DNA of 59,643 bases, counting the filler. It is 3 parts of 3 records of this genome, joined end to end, with 100 filler letters (N's around TTAATTAATTAA, not from the genome) between each part and the next. Parts side by side here need not be neighbours in the genome. Positions count along the whole stretch, not along the records: positions 28,035 to 40,337 come from SRR31156797_14937; positions 40,438 to 59,643 come from SRR31156797_14939; 1 more part is not named here. The stretch is one strand, 5' to 3'. Positions 39,360 through 49,504 of this stretch are shown here, one piece after another. The notes under the pieces are model-generated. The model worked only from the letters and a program-made list of their open reading frames with translations. It searched no databases and was not told the DNA's origin. The position numbers were made by a program, and so were the translations under genes. Numbering within the stretch: position 1 is the stretch's first letter; each line of letters opens with the position of its first letter.

Positions 39360-40337
39360 ATGAATAGTATTTTTAAATCAAAAGAAGCTCTTCTTTATAT
39401 CATGGCTATCTCTATGGTATTCGCTTTTTCTGCGTGGATGAGTTTATTAAACAATTTTGTTATAGAAGTAGCATCTTTTGACGGTAGTCAAATAGGAATC
39501 TTACAAAGTTTAAGGGAAATCCCTGGTTTTCTTGCTTTTACAGTTGTAATAGCAATAATGTTTGTTGCTCAACAACGCTTAGCTTACTTATCTATGATTT
39601 TATTAGGTGTTGGTGTTGTCTTAACTGGATATTTCCCTTCTACAACAGGTTTATATATTACTACAGTTATAATGTCTATTGGATTTCACTATTTAGAGAC
39701 TTTAAATCAGTCTTTATCTTTACAATGGTTAGGAAAAGACAAAGCACCTATTATTTTAGGAAAAATCACAGCTGCCAAATCTTTTACTTCATTAGTTGTA
39801 TTTGTATTGATTTATATAATGATGAAGTTTTATTCTGTTGAGTACAAATATGTATACCTGTTTTTTGGTGGTTTAACTACAGTTATAGGTATTGTTATTT
39901 GGATATTTTTTGAACACTTTAAAGATGATGTAGTTCAAGAAAAAAAGTTAGTTCTTAAAAAAGAGTATTGGCTTTTTTATTTGTTGACTTTTTTTGCTGG
40001 TGCTAGAAGACAAATATTTATAGTATTTGCTGCATTTTTACTTGTTGAAAAATTTGGAGTAGATATTCATAATATGGTTGCTTTGATGTTTATAAATGCA
40101 ATACTTAATATGTATTTTGCCCCTGCAATAGGAAGATTTATAACTAAATTTGGTGAAAGAATAACTCTAAGATTAGAGTATTTAGGGTTAATTATAGTTT
40201 TTGTATCTTATGGTTTAGTAGATAATGTTTACATAGCTTTTGCTTTGTATGTAATAGATCATCTATTGTTTTCTATGGCAATTGCTTTAAAAACATATTT
40301 TCAAAAGATTGCTGACCCAAAAGATATCGCAAGTGCA
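39360..40337 (+). CDS. MFS transporter, 3' truncated
   Basis: LREIPGFLAF and GARRQIF motifs; multiple TM helices. Confidence 0.85.
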
Positions 40338-40437
40338 NNNNNNNNNNNNNNNNNNNNNNNNNNNNNNNNNNNNNNNNNNNNTTAATTAATTAANNNNNNN
40401 NNNNNNNNNNNNNNNNNNNNNNNNNNNNNNNNNNNNN
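40338..40437. other. Artificial contig-joining spacer
   Basis: 44 N + TTAATTAATTAA + 44 N, identical to the first spacer. Confidence 0.98.
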
Positions 40438-40438
40438 T

Positions 40439-40777
40439 ATCAATATCTTCAATAACTCAAAAGATGCTTTTTTAGAGCAATATATAGATGAAGAGAAACG
40501 ATATATTTTTATTACTCAAAAAATCGAAAAAAACAATGTAGTGATCATTTTTAAAGATAGTGCGGGGGGAATACCTGAGAATATTCTCCCTAAGATCTTT
40601 GATCCATACTTCACTACAAAACATCAATCTATTGGTACAGGGATTGGACTTCATATGGTATATAATATTATTGTCAATCATATGAAAGGAACTATTCAGT
40701 GTCACAATGAAGAATATGACTTTCATGGTACTAGCTATAAAGGGGCAAGCTTTACAATCACTTTACCTATCATCTAA
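40439..40777 (+). CDS. C-terminal HATPase domain of a histidine kinase, 5' truncated
   Basis: Frame reads INIFNNSKDA..DSAGGI..FDPYFTTK..GTGIGL. Confidence 0.9.
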   Translation: MNIFNNSKDAFLEQYIDEEKRYIFITQKIEKNNVVIIFKDSAGGIPENILPKIFDPYFTTKHQSIGTGIGLHMVYNIIVNHMKGTIQCHNEEYDFHGTSYKGASFTITLPII

Positions 40778-40790
40778 GGTTTCAATCTTA

Positions 40791-41075
40791 TTACCAAGGC
40801 CCTTGAAATCGTATCGTTTTATGATCACATTTTTTACTATGTTTTGTAACCCTCCCTTGTACTCTTTTTCTCCACCTTTTATATGCTTTTGCGCTTAGAA
40901 GTTTACGCATCTTATTTTTCACTTGGTTTTCACTCAGTCCATATTGTAGATATATAACTTCAAAAGGGGTTCTATCTTGCCAAGCAAGTTCTATCAAACG
41001 GTTCTCATCAAACTCTTCAAATGAAAGATCTCTTTTTTTAACTGGTTTTAGTTTTAACTGTTTTTTATAATTCAT
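40791..41075 (-). CDS. TIGR03643 / DUF2805 family small protein
   Basis: RLIELAWQDRTPFE..YGL..WRKRVQGRVTKH signature. Confidence 0.85.
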   Translation of the reverse strand: MNYKKQLKLKPVKKRDLSFEEFDENRLIELAWQDRTPFEVIYLQYGLSENQVKNKMRKLLSAKAYKRWRKRVQGRVTKHSKKCDHKTIRFQGPW

Positions 41076-41154
41076 AGTATCTCATCAATATTTTTAAAGA
41101 TTTTATACTATAAAGGGGAGTTTTTGTATAAAAAAAGTGTTGATTTATGGGGTT

Positions 41155-43134
41155 TTAGATCTCAAACCCGATTAGAGTAATATCATCATTTTGTGCTTCA
41201 TATGCTTGATATTTTTTTAACTCATCAAATATATCAACTTTTTGTTTATTAAAAGTTTTATGGAAGTTATTTTTTAAAAGTTCTTGAAATCTTCTTCGTC
41301 CATATGGGAAACCCTGCTCTCCACCATTTTGATCTACAAAACCATCAGTGGTAAGATAAAACTTCATCCCTTTTTCTACCACTAAATGGTGTTCTTGAAA
41401 CTCAAAGTTGATATCAGATTTTTTATATCCAACTGAATGTCTTGAAGCTTTTATGGTTTGAAGTTCATTGCTTTGGTCTATATAGTATAAAGGGGTATTT
41501 GCACCAGCATATTTGATTAGATTTTGCTGTTTATTAAAATAGACTATAACCCCATCAAATCCTACATTTGAGAGAGAGCTTGTGTCTTCTTGTTTTAATA
41601 TACGTTTCATCTCTTTATTAAAGCTGCTGAGTATCTTTGAGGGGCTAATTTCTAGTTCAGTATTGTTAAGATCTGTGGTAATTTTACTCTCTAAAGATTT
41701 AACGATCATAGTTACAAAAGCTCCAGGCACTCCATGTCCTGTACAATCAATCAACATCAATAAACACTCGCCCTCTCTAAGTTCTTCAAAAAGATAAATA
41801 TCCCCTCCAACAATATCTTTTGGACTCCATAAAGTAAAGTGATCATGAAAATACTTAGTAAACATCTCATTTGATGGGATCAATGCATTTTGGATCAAAG
41901 AAGCATATTCAATAGAATCTTTTGTTTGTGTATGAATCCTCTCTATCTCTTTTTTAGTCTCTTCTAGTTCTGTAATATCGTAGCGAATCGCTATAAACTC
42001 TATAATTTCATCATTAACATCTAAGATTGGTTTAATATACGCATTGACCCAATAAAAAGTCCCATCTTTTCGAAGATTTTTGACTTTTCCATACCATGGA
42101 GATTTTTTCTCTTTAATAGTTTGCCACATCTCTTCAAATATCTCTCTTGACATATCTGGATGTCTTACAATACTATGAGGTTTTCCTACTAGTTCCTCTT
42201 TTGTAAATCCAGATAATGCAATAAACTTATCATTTACATAAGTGATGATCCCTTTATGATCTGTTTTAGAAACCAAAGAGCTTCCATCAACTGCTTCTTT
42301 ATACTCTTCTAAAAGTTTCCTAGAGCATATTGACTCTTCCTCTTTTCTTTTATAATCTATCCATGTATCAACTTTTAAAACAATCTCTTCAATTACATAC
42401 GGTTTTTTAAGCAGATCCTTTGCTCCAGCTTTTAATCCATCTCGAATCGTAGCAGCAGAAAGATTTCCTGAGATTACAAGAACTGGGATCTTTTTAATAT
42501 TGACAATCTCATTATGGTGATCTTGTAAAAACTCTATCCCATTTGAGCCTTTAAGCTCAATATCTAAAAGCATAAGATCAACGGAATGGGTATTTAACAA
42601 CTCTAGAGCCTCTTTTGTATTGTCACTTGTTATCACATTATAAAAGCGATTTGAAAGGATATCTTTTAACTGAGCTTGAATAATAGCAGAGTCATCTACG
42701 ACTAAGATGGTTTTATATTTATTTTTCTCAAATTGTTCAATAGTTTTAGGAATCTGATCTACTTTATAATAGAAACGATTGTCTTTTATAATATAATCAA
42801 TCACCCCTTTATGATAGGCATTATTTCTTAGCTGCTCATCTTTTTCATTTGTAAGTACAAAAATCTTTATCATACTCTCATACTGAGCTTTGATGATCTC
42901 ATACCCATTTCCATCAGGCAAGTTAATATCTAACATAATATAATGGATCTCAAACTGATCTAAAAGTGCATAGGCCTCTTTTAAATTCATTGCACTATAA
43001 CAATTAAACCCCTCATCGCTAAATGTTTTATACAAGATCTTATTGACAGATTTTGAATCTTCTACGATCAAAATGTTATAATTGGATGGTAAAAAAGTTT
43101 TTTTATGTAAAAGATTACAATTTAAATGCTCCAA
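41155..43134 (-). CDS. REC-REC-PAS-SpoIIE (PP2C-type) phosphatase
   Basis: Two receiver domains; PAS VSKTD..HSIVRHPD; VGGDIY, DCTGHGVPGA, TDGFVDQ and DDIT motifs. Confidence 0.92.
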   Translation of the reverse strand: MEHLNCNLLHKKTFLPSNYNILIVEDSKSVNKILYKTFSDEGFNCYSAMNLKEAYALLDQFEIHYIMLDINLPDGNGYEIIKAQYESMIKIFVLTNEKDEQLRNNAYHKGVIDYIIKDNRFYYKVDQIPKTIEQFEKNKYKTILVVDDSAIIQAQLKDILSNRFYNVITSDNTKEALELLNTHSVDLMLLDIELKGSNGIEFLQDHHNEIVNIKKIPVLVISGNLSAATIRDGLKAGAKDLLKKPYVIEEIVLKVDTWIDYKRKEEESICSRKLLEEYKEAVDGSSLVSKTDHKGIITYVNDKFIALSGFTKEELVGKPHSIVRHPDMSREIFEEMWQTIKEKKSPWYGKVKNLRKDGTFYWVNAYIKPILDVNDEIIEFIAIRYDITELEETKKEIERIHTQTKDSIEYASLIQNALIPSNEMFTKYFHDHFTLWSPKDIVGGDIYLFEELREGECLLMLIDCTGHGVPGAFVTMIVKSLESKITTDLNNTELEISPSKILSSFNKEMKRILKQEDTSSLSNVGFDGVIVYFNKQQNLIKYAGANTPLYYIDQSNELQTIKASRHSVGYKKSDINFEFQEHHLVVEKGMKFYLTTDGFVDQNGGEQGFPYGRRRFQELLKNNFHKTFNKQKVDIFDELKKYQAYEAQNDDITLIGFEI

Positions 43135-43448
43135 AATTATCCCTATACTTTTTGTAAATGTTGTAATGATACTAATTTCTTATATAAAAGATCATTAAAG
43201 AGTTTAAAATATTACATTTTATTTATATATATAATGTAATAAATATCCCTTGATTTTTTAAAAAATTTAATTAATCAAAACAATTAAACCCTATTAATTA
43301 ACTTTTATAAGTATCAAAATAACATGTTAAGACAATAAAATGGAAAAGAAAATGATTTTCAATAAATAACTTTTCAATTTTCATTATAACTTTATAAAGA
43401 TTTTGTTATTATTTGAGATCTGATTTTAAAATAAAAAGGGATTTTCTC

Positions 43449-44972
43449 ATGCTCAAACTCAAACCTGTTTTATCAACTATTTTTACTATTACTATACTTT
43501 GTACTTCTAATATGTTTGCAAAAGAGTATCAAGTGACTCTTGATGATGCGATTAATATCGCTTTACAAAACAATCAAAAAAAAGAGATATCTGAATTGAA
43601 TATTAGTATTGCTGAAGCGATGTATGATCAAGCATTAAGTGCGAACTACCCATCTTTAACATATAATTTTAGTGCAACACGTTTTGATGAAGCACCCACT
43701 TTTGATATGAGAGGAACCTATAATGTTGACAATACACAAAGCATAGCTTTATATAATCAACTTGCGCAAGGGTATAGCTCAGCAGCAACCAATATGGCAC
43801 TAGCTGGACAAAATGAAGCAGCAAGTGCTTTAGGAGCAAGTGCATCTATTTATGGAAATCTCGCAGCAAACATGCCCTCTCAAAGTGCAATGCCTTTTGA
43901 AGTTGATGTAAAAGTAACAGGACGTGATACAATTATCAATCAACTTGATCTAGCTATGCCTCTATACACTGGTGGAAAAATAAGCTCAATTATCAAACAA
44001 GCAAAACTAGCAAAACAAATAGCGACACAAAATAGACAAAAAACTTTTGACGAGATCGTATTTGATGTGAAAAAGTACTACTATGCTATTATGCTTACAG
44101 AGCAATTGAAAAAACTCTCTTTATCTACACTTGAACAGATGAAATATATTGAACAACTCACTTCAAACCTTTATCAAGGTGGTTCACTTAGGGTGAAAAA
44201 AACAGACTATCTAAGAAGTAAACTAAGTGTTTCAATGGTAAAGTCATTTCATGAGTCTATCTTAGAAAAAGAAGCTTTAGCAAAATCTGCACTTATCTTT
44301 GCTATGGGGCTTTCATGGGAAGATACTCTTGAAATTAAAGAGACAAAGTTTGAAACACCAATTATGGATAAAAACTTAAAAGATATTATCCAAAATGCAT
44401 ACAAATATAATCCACAAATGAATACTTTAGAGATAGCGATCGATATCCAAGACTCAAAAATCGATGAAGCAAAAAGTGAATACTATCCACAAGTTGGACT
44501 CTATGGAGCTTTAACAAATATTCAAGATAACTATAAATATGGTTTAATTAACAACAACAATAAAAACTCATGGAGTATCGGTGTAGGTTTTTCACTTAAT
44601 CTTTTTAATGGGATGAGAACAACCCATGCGGTTGAGCAAAATAAACTAGATCAAAAGAAACTACAACAACAACAGTTTTTATTAAAAGAGGGACTAGCGC
44701 TTCAGCTAAAAAGCTCTTTTTTACAGATGAATAGCAAGTATAAAAAATTTGGTATCTTAGATGAGGCTCTTGATATTGCAAAAGAGAATAAAGAGCTTAA
44801 CACAAGAGCATACCAAGAGGATATGGTGGAAACAAAAGAGGTAATAGAAGCACAACTTTTTGAGTCCCTTACAATTGCAGATTATTATAAAAACTTACAT
44901 GAATATGCTCTTTCACGTGCTACTATTGATTTTGTTGTAAGTTCTGCCTTACAAGAACATTTAAGTAAATAA
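43449..44972 (+). CDS. TolC-family outer-membrane protein
   Basis: Signal peptide; TLDDAINIALQNN, YPSL, PLYTGG, YYPQV and LFNG motifs; start at ATG 43449. Confidence 0.9.
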   Translation: MLKLKPVLSTIFTITILCTSNMFAKEYQVTLDDAINIALQNNQKKEISELNISIAEAMYDQALSANYPSLTYNFSATRFDEAPTFDMRGTYNVDNTQSIALYNQLAQGYSSAATNMALAGQNEAASALGASASIYGNLAANMPSQSAMPFEVDVKVTGRDTIINQLDLAMPLYTGGKISSIIKQAKLAKQIATQNRQKTFDEIVFDVKKYYYAIMLTEQLKKLSLSTLEQMKYIEQLTSNLYQGGSLRVKKTDYLRSKLSVSMVKSFHESILEKEALAKSALIFAMGLSWEDTLEIKETKFETPIMDKNLKDIIQNAYKYNPQMNTLEIAIDIQDSKIDEAKSEYYPQVGLYGALTNIQDNYKYGLINNNNKNSWSIGVGFSLNLFNGMRTTHAVEQNKLDQKKLQQQQFLLKEGLALQLKSSFLQMNSKYKKFGILDEALDIAKENKELNTRAYQEDMVETKEVIEAQLFESLTIADYYKNLHEYALSRATIDFVVSSALQEHLSK

Positions 44973-45008
44973 TTAGTATTTTATGTAAAAACTAAAAGTA
45001 ATTAGATA

Positions 45009-47066
45009 ATGATGAATAAAGATTTAAAAATACTCTATGTTGAAGACAATTTAGATATTGTAGAAGAGATCCAGTTTTTCTTGCAAATGCACACAGAGAG
45101 TGTGATCACAGCAAATAATGGAGAGCAAGGCTTAGAGATGTTTAAAAAACATCAACCCAATATAATCATAACAGATATCCAAATGCCTGTTATGAATGGT
45201 ATTGATATGATCTTAAAAATAAGAGAGCTTGATTCCCAGATTCCTATTATTATCACCACTGCATTTAATGATTCTGAATACCTTTCAAAAGCAATAGATC
45301 TGCAAGTAAACGGCTATATATTAAAACCTATCGATCTTAAACAGTTACAACACACTATGCAAAAAGTCTATGAGCCATTTGCACTCAAACAACAACTTAT
45401 TGAAAAAAATAAAGAGTATGAGGAGCTCAATAAAAACCTTGAATATCTTGTAGATGAAAAAACAAAAGAGCTCAAAAAAAATATAGCATTTTTAAACTCT
45501 TATAAATTTGCTTTAGATATTAGCTCCATTGTATCTAAGACTGATAAAGATGGGATCATCACTTATGTAAATGATAACTTTTGTAAAATTAGCGGCTATG
45601 AAAAAGATGAGCTTATAGGGCAAACTCATAAAATGATAAGAAGTCCCCAAACAAATGATATGATTATTAAAAGGATGTGGGAAGATATCATCACAAAAAA
45701 AAGATGGCAAGGGATCATTAAAAATCAAACAAAAGATCAAAGCCACTATTGGGTAGATCTTAATATCGTAGCTCTATTAGATGATAATAATAACACCGAA
45801 AGCTATATAGCGATCTCAACAGACCTTACAAAAACTATGGATCAAAAAGAGATGCTTTATAAATTAGCCAATGTGGATAATCTCACAGGACTTTTTAATC
45901 GAAATAAACTTATAGAAGATCTTGATGATTCTAAGAATTGTCTAGCTCTTATTAATATCAATAAATTTCGACAGATCAATGACTTTTATGGCTTTGAATT
46001 TGGGGATAATGTGATCATAGCTTTTGCAAACTTTTTATCACAATTTACCCAAAAAAGCAATTTTTTCCTTTATAGACTCCATGGGGATGAGTTTGCACTT
46101 CTTTCCCAAAAAGAAAGCAGAAGTGATATGCTTCTGATGTTAAATACAATTATTGATGAAGTCTCTAGCGACTTTATAGTCGATGAAAAATCGATACGAT
46201 TAGATATCACTATCTCTGTTTCATTTGAACGCGGAAAACTACTAAAAACAGCTGATACTGCAAAAAGAGAGCAAAAAAATATTGCTAAAAGTTTAATTGT
46301 ATATGATAAAGAGTTACAACTAGAGAAAAAAATTGAAGATTATCTTATCTGGCTTGATAAGATCAAAACTGCCCATAAAGATAAAAAATTTATCCCTTAT
46401 TTTCAGCCAATTGTCAATAATCAAACCCTAGAGTGGGAAAAAGCCGAAACACTTGTTCGACTTGTAGATGAAAACAATGATGTCTATTCACCTTTTTTCT
46501 TCTTAGATATTGCTAAACAAACCAAACACTATATCGATATCACTAAAAGTATGATAAAGGGAGCTTTTAGCTATTTTAAAGATAGAGATGAAGCTTTTTC
46601 TATCAACTTAAGTGTAAAAGATATCTTAGATCATGAAACACAATTTTTTATTATCAATGAACTGAGCCGCTATAAAAATGTACACAATGTTATCTTTGAA
46701 ATAGAAGAATCTGAGGGGATAGAATCTTATGATGATATTATCTCTTTTATTGAGAGTATTAAAAGCTTTGGATGTAAAATAGCTATCGATGATTTTGGAA
46801 GTGGATATAGTAACTTTGAATATCTCTTACGATTTAAAGCTGATTTTATTAAAATAGATGGATCATTGATCAAAGATATCGCTACAAGTGAGACTTCAAA
46901 AATAGTAGTAAAAAACATTGTAAGATTTGCACAAGACCTTGGGATAAAAACCATTGCAGAGTTTGTAGAAAATAAAGAGATATTTGATATCGTCAAAGAG
47001 ATGGGCGTTGATTATTCACAAGGGTATTACTTTAGCAAGCCTATGGCAGAGCTTAAGAGGAAATAA
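45009..47066 (+). CDS. REC-PAS-GGDEF(degenerate)-EAL protein, probable c-di-GMP phosphodiesterase
   Basis: HGDEF and ININKF are degenerate; ETL, INLS, DDFGSGYS, KID, EFVE and QGY are retained. Confidence 0.9.
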   Translation: MMNKDLKILYVEDNLDIVEEIQFFLQMHTESVITANNGEQGLEMFKKHQPNIIITDIQMPVMNGIDMILKIRELDSQIPIIITTAFNDSEYLSKAIDLQVNGYILKPIDLKQLQHTMQKVYEPFALKQQLIEKNKEYEELNKNLEYLVDEKTKELKKNIAFLNSYKFALDISSIVSKTDKDGIITYVNDNFCKISGYEKDELIGQTHKMIRSPQTNDMIIKRMWEDIITKKRWQGIIKNQTKDQSHYWVDLNIVALLDDNNNTESYIAISTDLTKTMDQKEMLYKLANVDNLTGLFNRNKLIEDLDDSKNCLALININKFRQINDFYGFEFGDNVIIAFANFLSQFTQKSNFFLYRLHGDEFALLSQKESRSDMLLMLNTIIDEVSSDFIVDEKSIRLDITISVSFERGKLLKTADTAKREQKNIAKSLIVYDKELQLEKKIEDYLIWLDKIKTAHKDKKFIPYFQPIVNNQTLEWEKAETLVRLVDENNDVYSPFFFLDIAKQTKHYIDITKSMIKGAFSYFKDRDEAFSINLSVKDILDHETQFFIINELSRYKNVHNVIFEIEESEGIESYDDIISFIESIKSFGCKIAIDDFGSGYSNFEYLLRFKADFIKIDGSLIKDIATSETSKIVVKNIVRFAQDLGIKTIAEFVENKEIFDIVKEMGVDYSQGYYFSKPMAELKRK

Positions 47067-47069
47067 ACT

Positions 47070-47933
47070 ATGAATATGATTCGTTTTATATTATTTTTAA
47101 GTATTTTTTACAGTTTTTTATATTCTGCTGATATTAGAGTTGGATATGATACAAGTGTATTTCAAAATACATCAAAAAAAGACGTGGCCCTATCAACAGA
47201 CCTTTGGTTTCAAACCATTATCGATAAAAAAAAGTATTCTACAAGTTTTAAAATATATGACACCCCTCAAACTTTAGCAAAAGACTTTAAAGATAATAAG
47301 GTCAATTTAATAGTTACTAAAGGGGATAACCTTATAAAATACTATGATCAACAAGATGTCATTCCCTCTTTTACAGCTAGTTATATAGATGAAAAAGATC
47401 AATATTATGTAGTGGTAGTTGATAAAAAGCATAAAGAAAACTGGCAAAAAAAGAATCATCCTAAAATTGGTATTTTACAAGAGAGTAATCTACAGAAAAT
47501 ATTTTTTGAATATAATTTTTTAAAAGAAAATAAAAATAATACACTCCATATTGAAGAGTTTGCAACCTCAAGTAGAATGATATTAAAAATATTTTTTGGG
47601 AAACTTGATTGTGCCTTAGTACCATATAGATCTTATAGAACAGTCATAGAACTTAATCCTCAAATCAAAGAGAAAGTGGTCATTGCACAAACAACAAAGC
47701 TCACCAGTTTAGTTTTTGCAATCTATAGAAAAGGTACTGATGAAACAATGCTTCAAGAGGTAAATCAAGGGATTGTAGACTTTATTCAATCTGATAAGAT
47801 GAGAGAGGTTCTACGTGTCAATAAAATGGAGTTCTTGAAAAAAACAGATCTAACACAACTTGACGCAATTAAAGAACTACTTGATAATCATAACCAATTA
47901 ATGAAAAAATCTTTAGAAGTGAAGCAAAAATGA
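47070..47933 (+). CDS. PhnD/SsuA-like periplasmic binding protein
   Basis: Signal peptide; IFFGKLDCALV..IELNPQI motif; paralogue of 49501-50388. Confidence 0.7.
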   Translation: MNMIRFILFLSIFYSFLYSADIRVGYDTSVFQNTSKKDVALSTDLWFQTIIDKKKYSTSFKIYDTPQTLAKDFKDNKVNLIVTKGDNLIKYYDQQDVIPSFTASYIDEKDQYYVVVVDKKHKENWQKKNHPKIGILQESNLQKIFFEYNFLKENKNNTLHIEEFATSSRMILKIFFGKLDCALVPYRSYRTVIELNPQIKEKVVIAQTTKLTSLVFAIYRKGTDETMLQEVNQGIVDFIQSDKMREVLRVNKMEFLKKTDLTQLDAIKELLDNHNQLMKKSLEVKQK

Positions 47934-49504
47934 AATCTCTTAATAGTTTATTTGTCAAAACCTTTTTAATTATTACTATAATTTTAAGTATGGTTACTTT
48001 TTTATTTATGTTTTCTATTATGCTTAATCAAAAAAACTCTTTATACAATGGGATCCTCTCCCAAGCAAAAACCATTGCAAGCTCCATTGAACTCATCACA
48101 GCTGATGCGATGCTCACTGAAGATTATAGTTTTATAGTGGAGCATAGTCTAAAAGTATTAAATGCCAATGAAAGTCTTAAATATATTATGATCACTAAAA
48201 AAGAAGATATGACTATATTTGTAGATTCCCAGAACTGGAAACTTCTTGAAAAAATCCCTGAACATATTACATCTCTTCAAAATAATCGTGTGAATGACGA
48301 GATCGTACCAAGCTCTTTATTAAAAGAAAAAACAGAGCTTTTTCACTTAAGCTATCCTGTAAGCTTTTCAGGTATCGGCTGGGGATGGATCGATATTGGT
48401 TTTTCACTAGGACAATACAATAAACAAATGGATACGATCTATTTTAACTCTATTGCCACATTTATCCTTATTTTACTTTTATCTATAGCTTTTTCATACT
48501 TTTTTACAAGGTGGCTTATAAAACCTATTGAGAGTTTAACCAATGCCTCTAAAAAACTCTCCGGTGGAGATTTTGATATTCATATCAATACTGAAAGAAA
48601 TGATGAACTTGGATCACTCAGTAAAAACTTTATGCAAATGGCTTTAAAACTCAAACAATATACGAATGAGCTTAAACAATCAAAAGAGGACCTAGAACTT
48701 AGAGTTGAAGAGAGAACCAAAGAGCTACAGCAACTCAATGCAGAACTTGATACTAGAGTACGACAAGAGAGTTTAAAAAGAGCAAACCAAGAGCGTATAA
48801 TGATCCAGCAATCACGTCATGCTGCGATGGGGGAGATGATAGGAAATATCGCCCATCAATGGAGACAGCCTTTAAATGCACTGAGCCTTCTTTTGCAAAA
48901 CATAGAAAATGCCTATGAGATGGGGATAATAAATAAAGAGTTTATCGATCGGATCATTACAAAAGGGAATCTTTTAACAAAAAATATGTCAAAAACCATT
49001 GATGATTTTAGAAACTTCTTTAAACCAAATAAAATAAAAGAGGAGTTTAGTTTTAAAGATGCTTATTTGGAAACAAAAGATATCGTAAATTCAAGCTTTC
49101 AAAATAATAATATAGAACTTCTTGAAGAGATAGATGAAACTGTTACTATTACAGGATATAGTAATGAATTCTCCCAAGTGATCCTCAATCTTTTAAATAA
49201 TGCAAAAGATATCTTAGTGGAACACAACATCACAAAAAAACAGATAAAGATCCATATCTATCAAGATAAAAACAATAGCTACTTTTCAATCTCAGATAAT
49301 GCAGGAGGAGTTCCTTTAAAGATCATCGATAAGATCTTTGATCCTTATTTTACAACCAAAGAGGAGGGAAAAGGTACAGGGATTGGTCTATATATGTCAA
49401 AAACGATCATTGAATCAAATATGCATGGGGATCTAGAGGTTGAAAATGATGAAAATGGAGCTGTATTTACGATCACTGTTCCTAAAAAAGAGAGTTCAAT
49501 ATGA
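47930..49504 (+). CDS. HAMP-domain sensor histidine kinase
   Basis: Two TM helices; HAMP KPIESL..DELGSL; H-box AHQWRQP; HATPase motifs. Confidence 0.93.
   Translation: MKSLNSLFVKTFLIITIILSMVTFLFMFSIMLNQKNSLYNGILSQAKTIASSIELITADAMLTEDYSFIVEHSLKVLNANESLKYIMITKKEDMTIFVDSQNWKLLEKIPEHITSLQNNRVNDEIVPSSLLKEKTELFHLSYPVSFSGIGWGWIDIGFSLGQYNKQMDTIYFNSIATFILILLLSIAFSYFFTRWLIKPIESLTNASKKLSGGDFDIHINTERNDELGSLSKNFMQMALKLKQYTNELKQSKEDLELRVEERTKELQQLNAELDTRVRQESLKRANQERIMIQQSRHAAMGEMIGNIAHQWRQPLNALSLLLQNIENAYEMGIINKEFIDRIITKGNLLTKNMSKTIDDFRNFFKPNKIKEEFSFKDAYLETKDIVNSSFQNNNIELLEEIDETVTITGYSNEFSQVILNLLNNAKDILVEHNITKKQIKIHIYQDKNNSYFSISDNAGGVPLKIIDKIFDPYFTTKEEGKGTGIGLYMSKTIIESNMHGDLEVENDENGAVFTITVPKKESSI

Noticed and set aside
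43210-43241. TATTACATT-N14-AATGTAATA inverted repeat upstream of TolC
   Set aside because: Nearly all A/T in a very AT-rich gap, with no second copy noticed; chance cannot be excluded.
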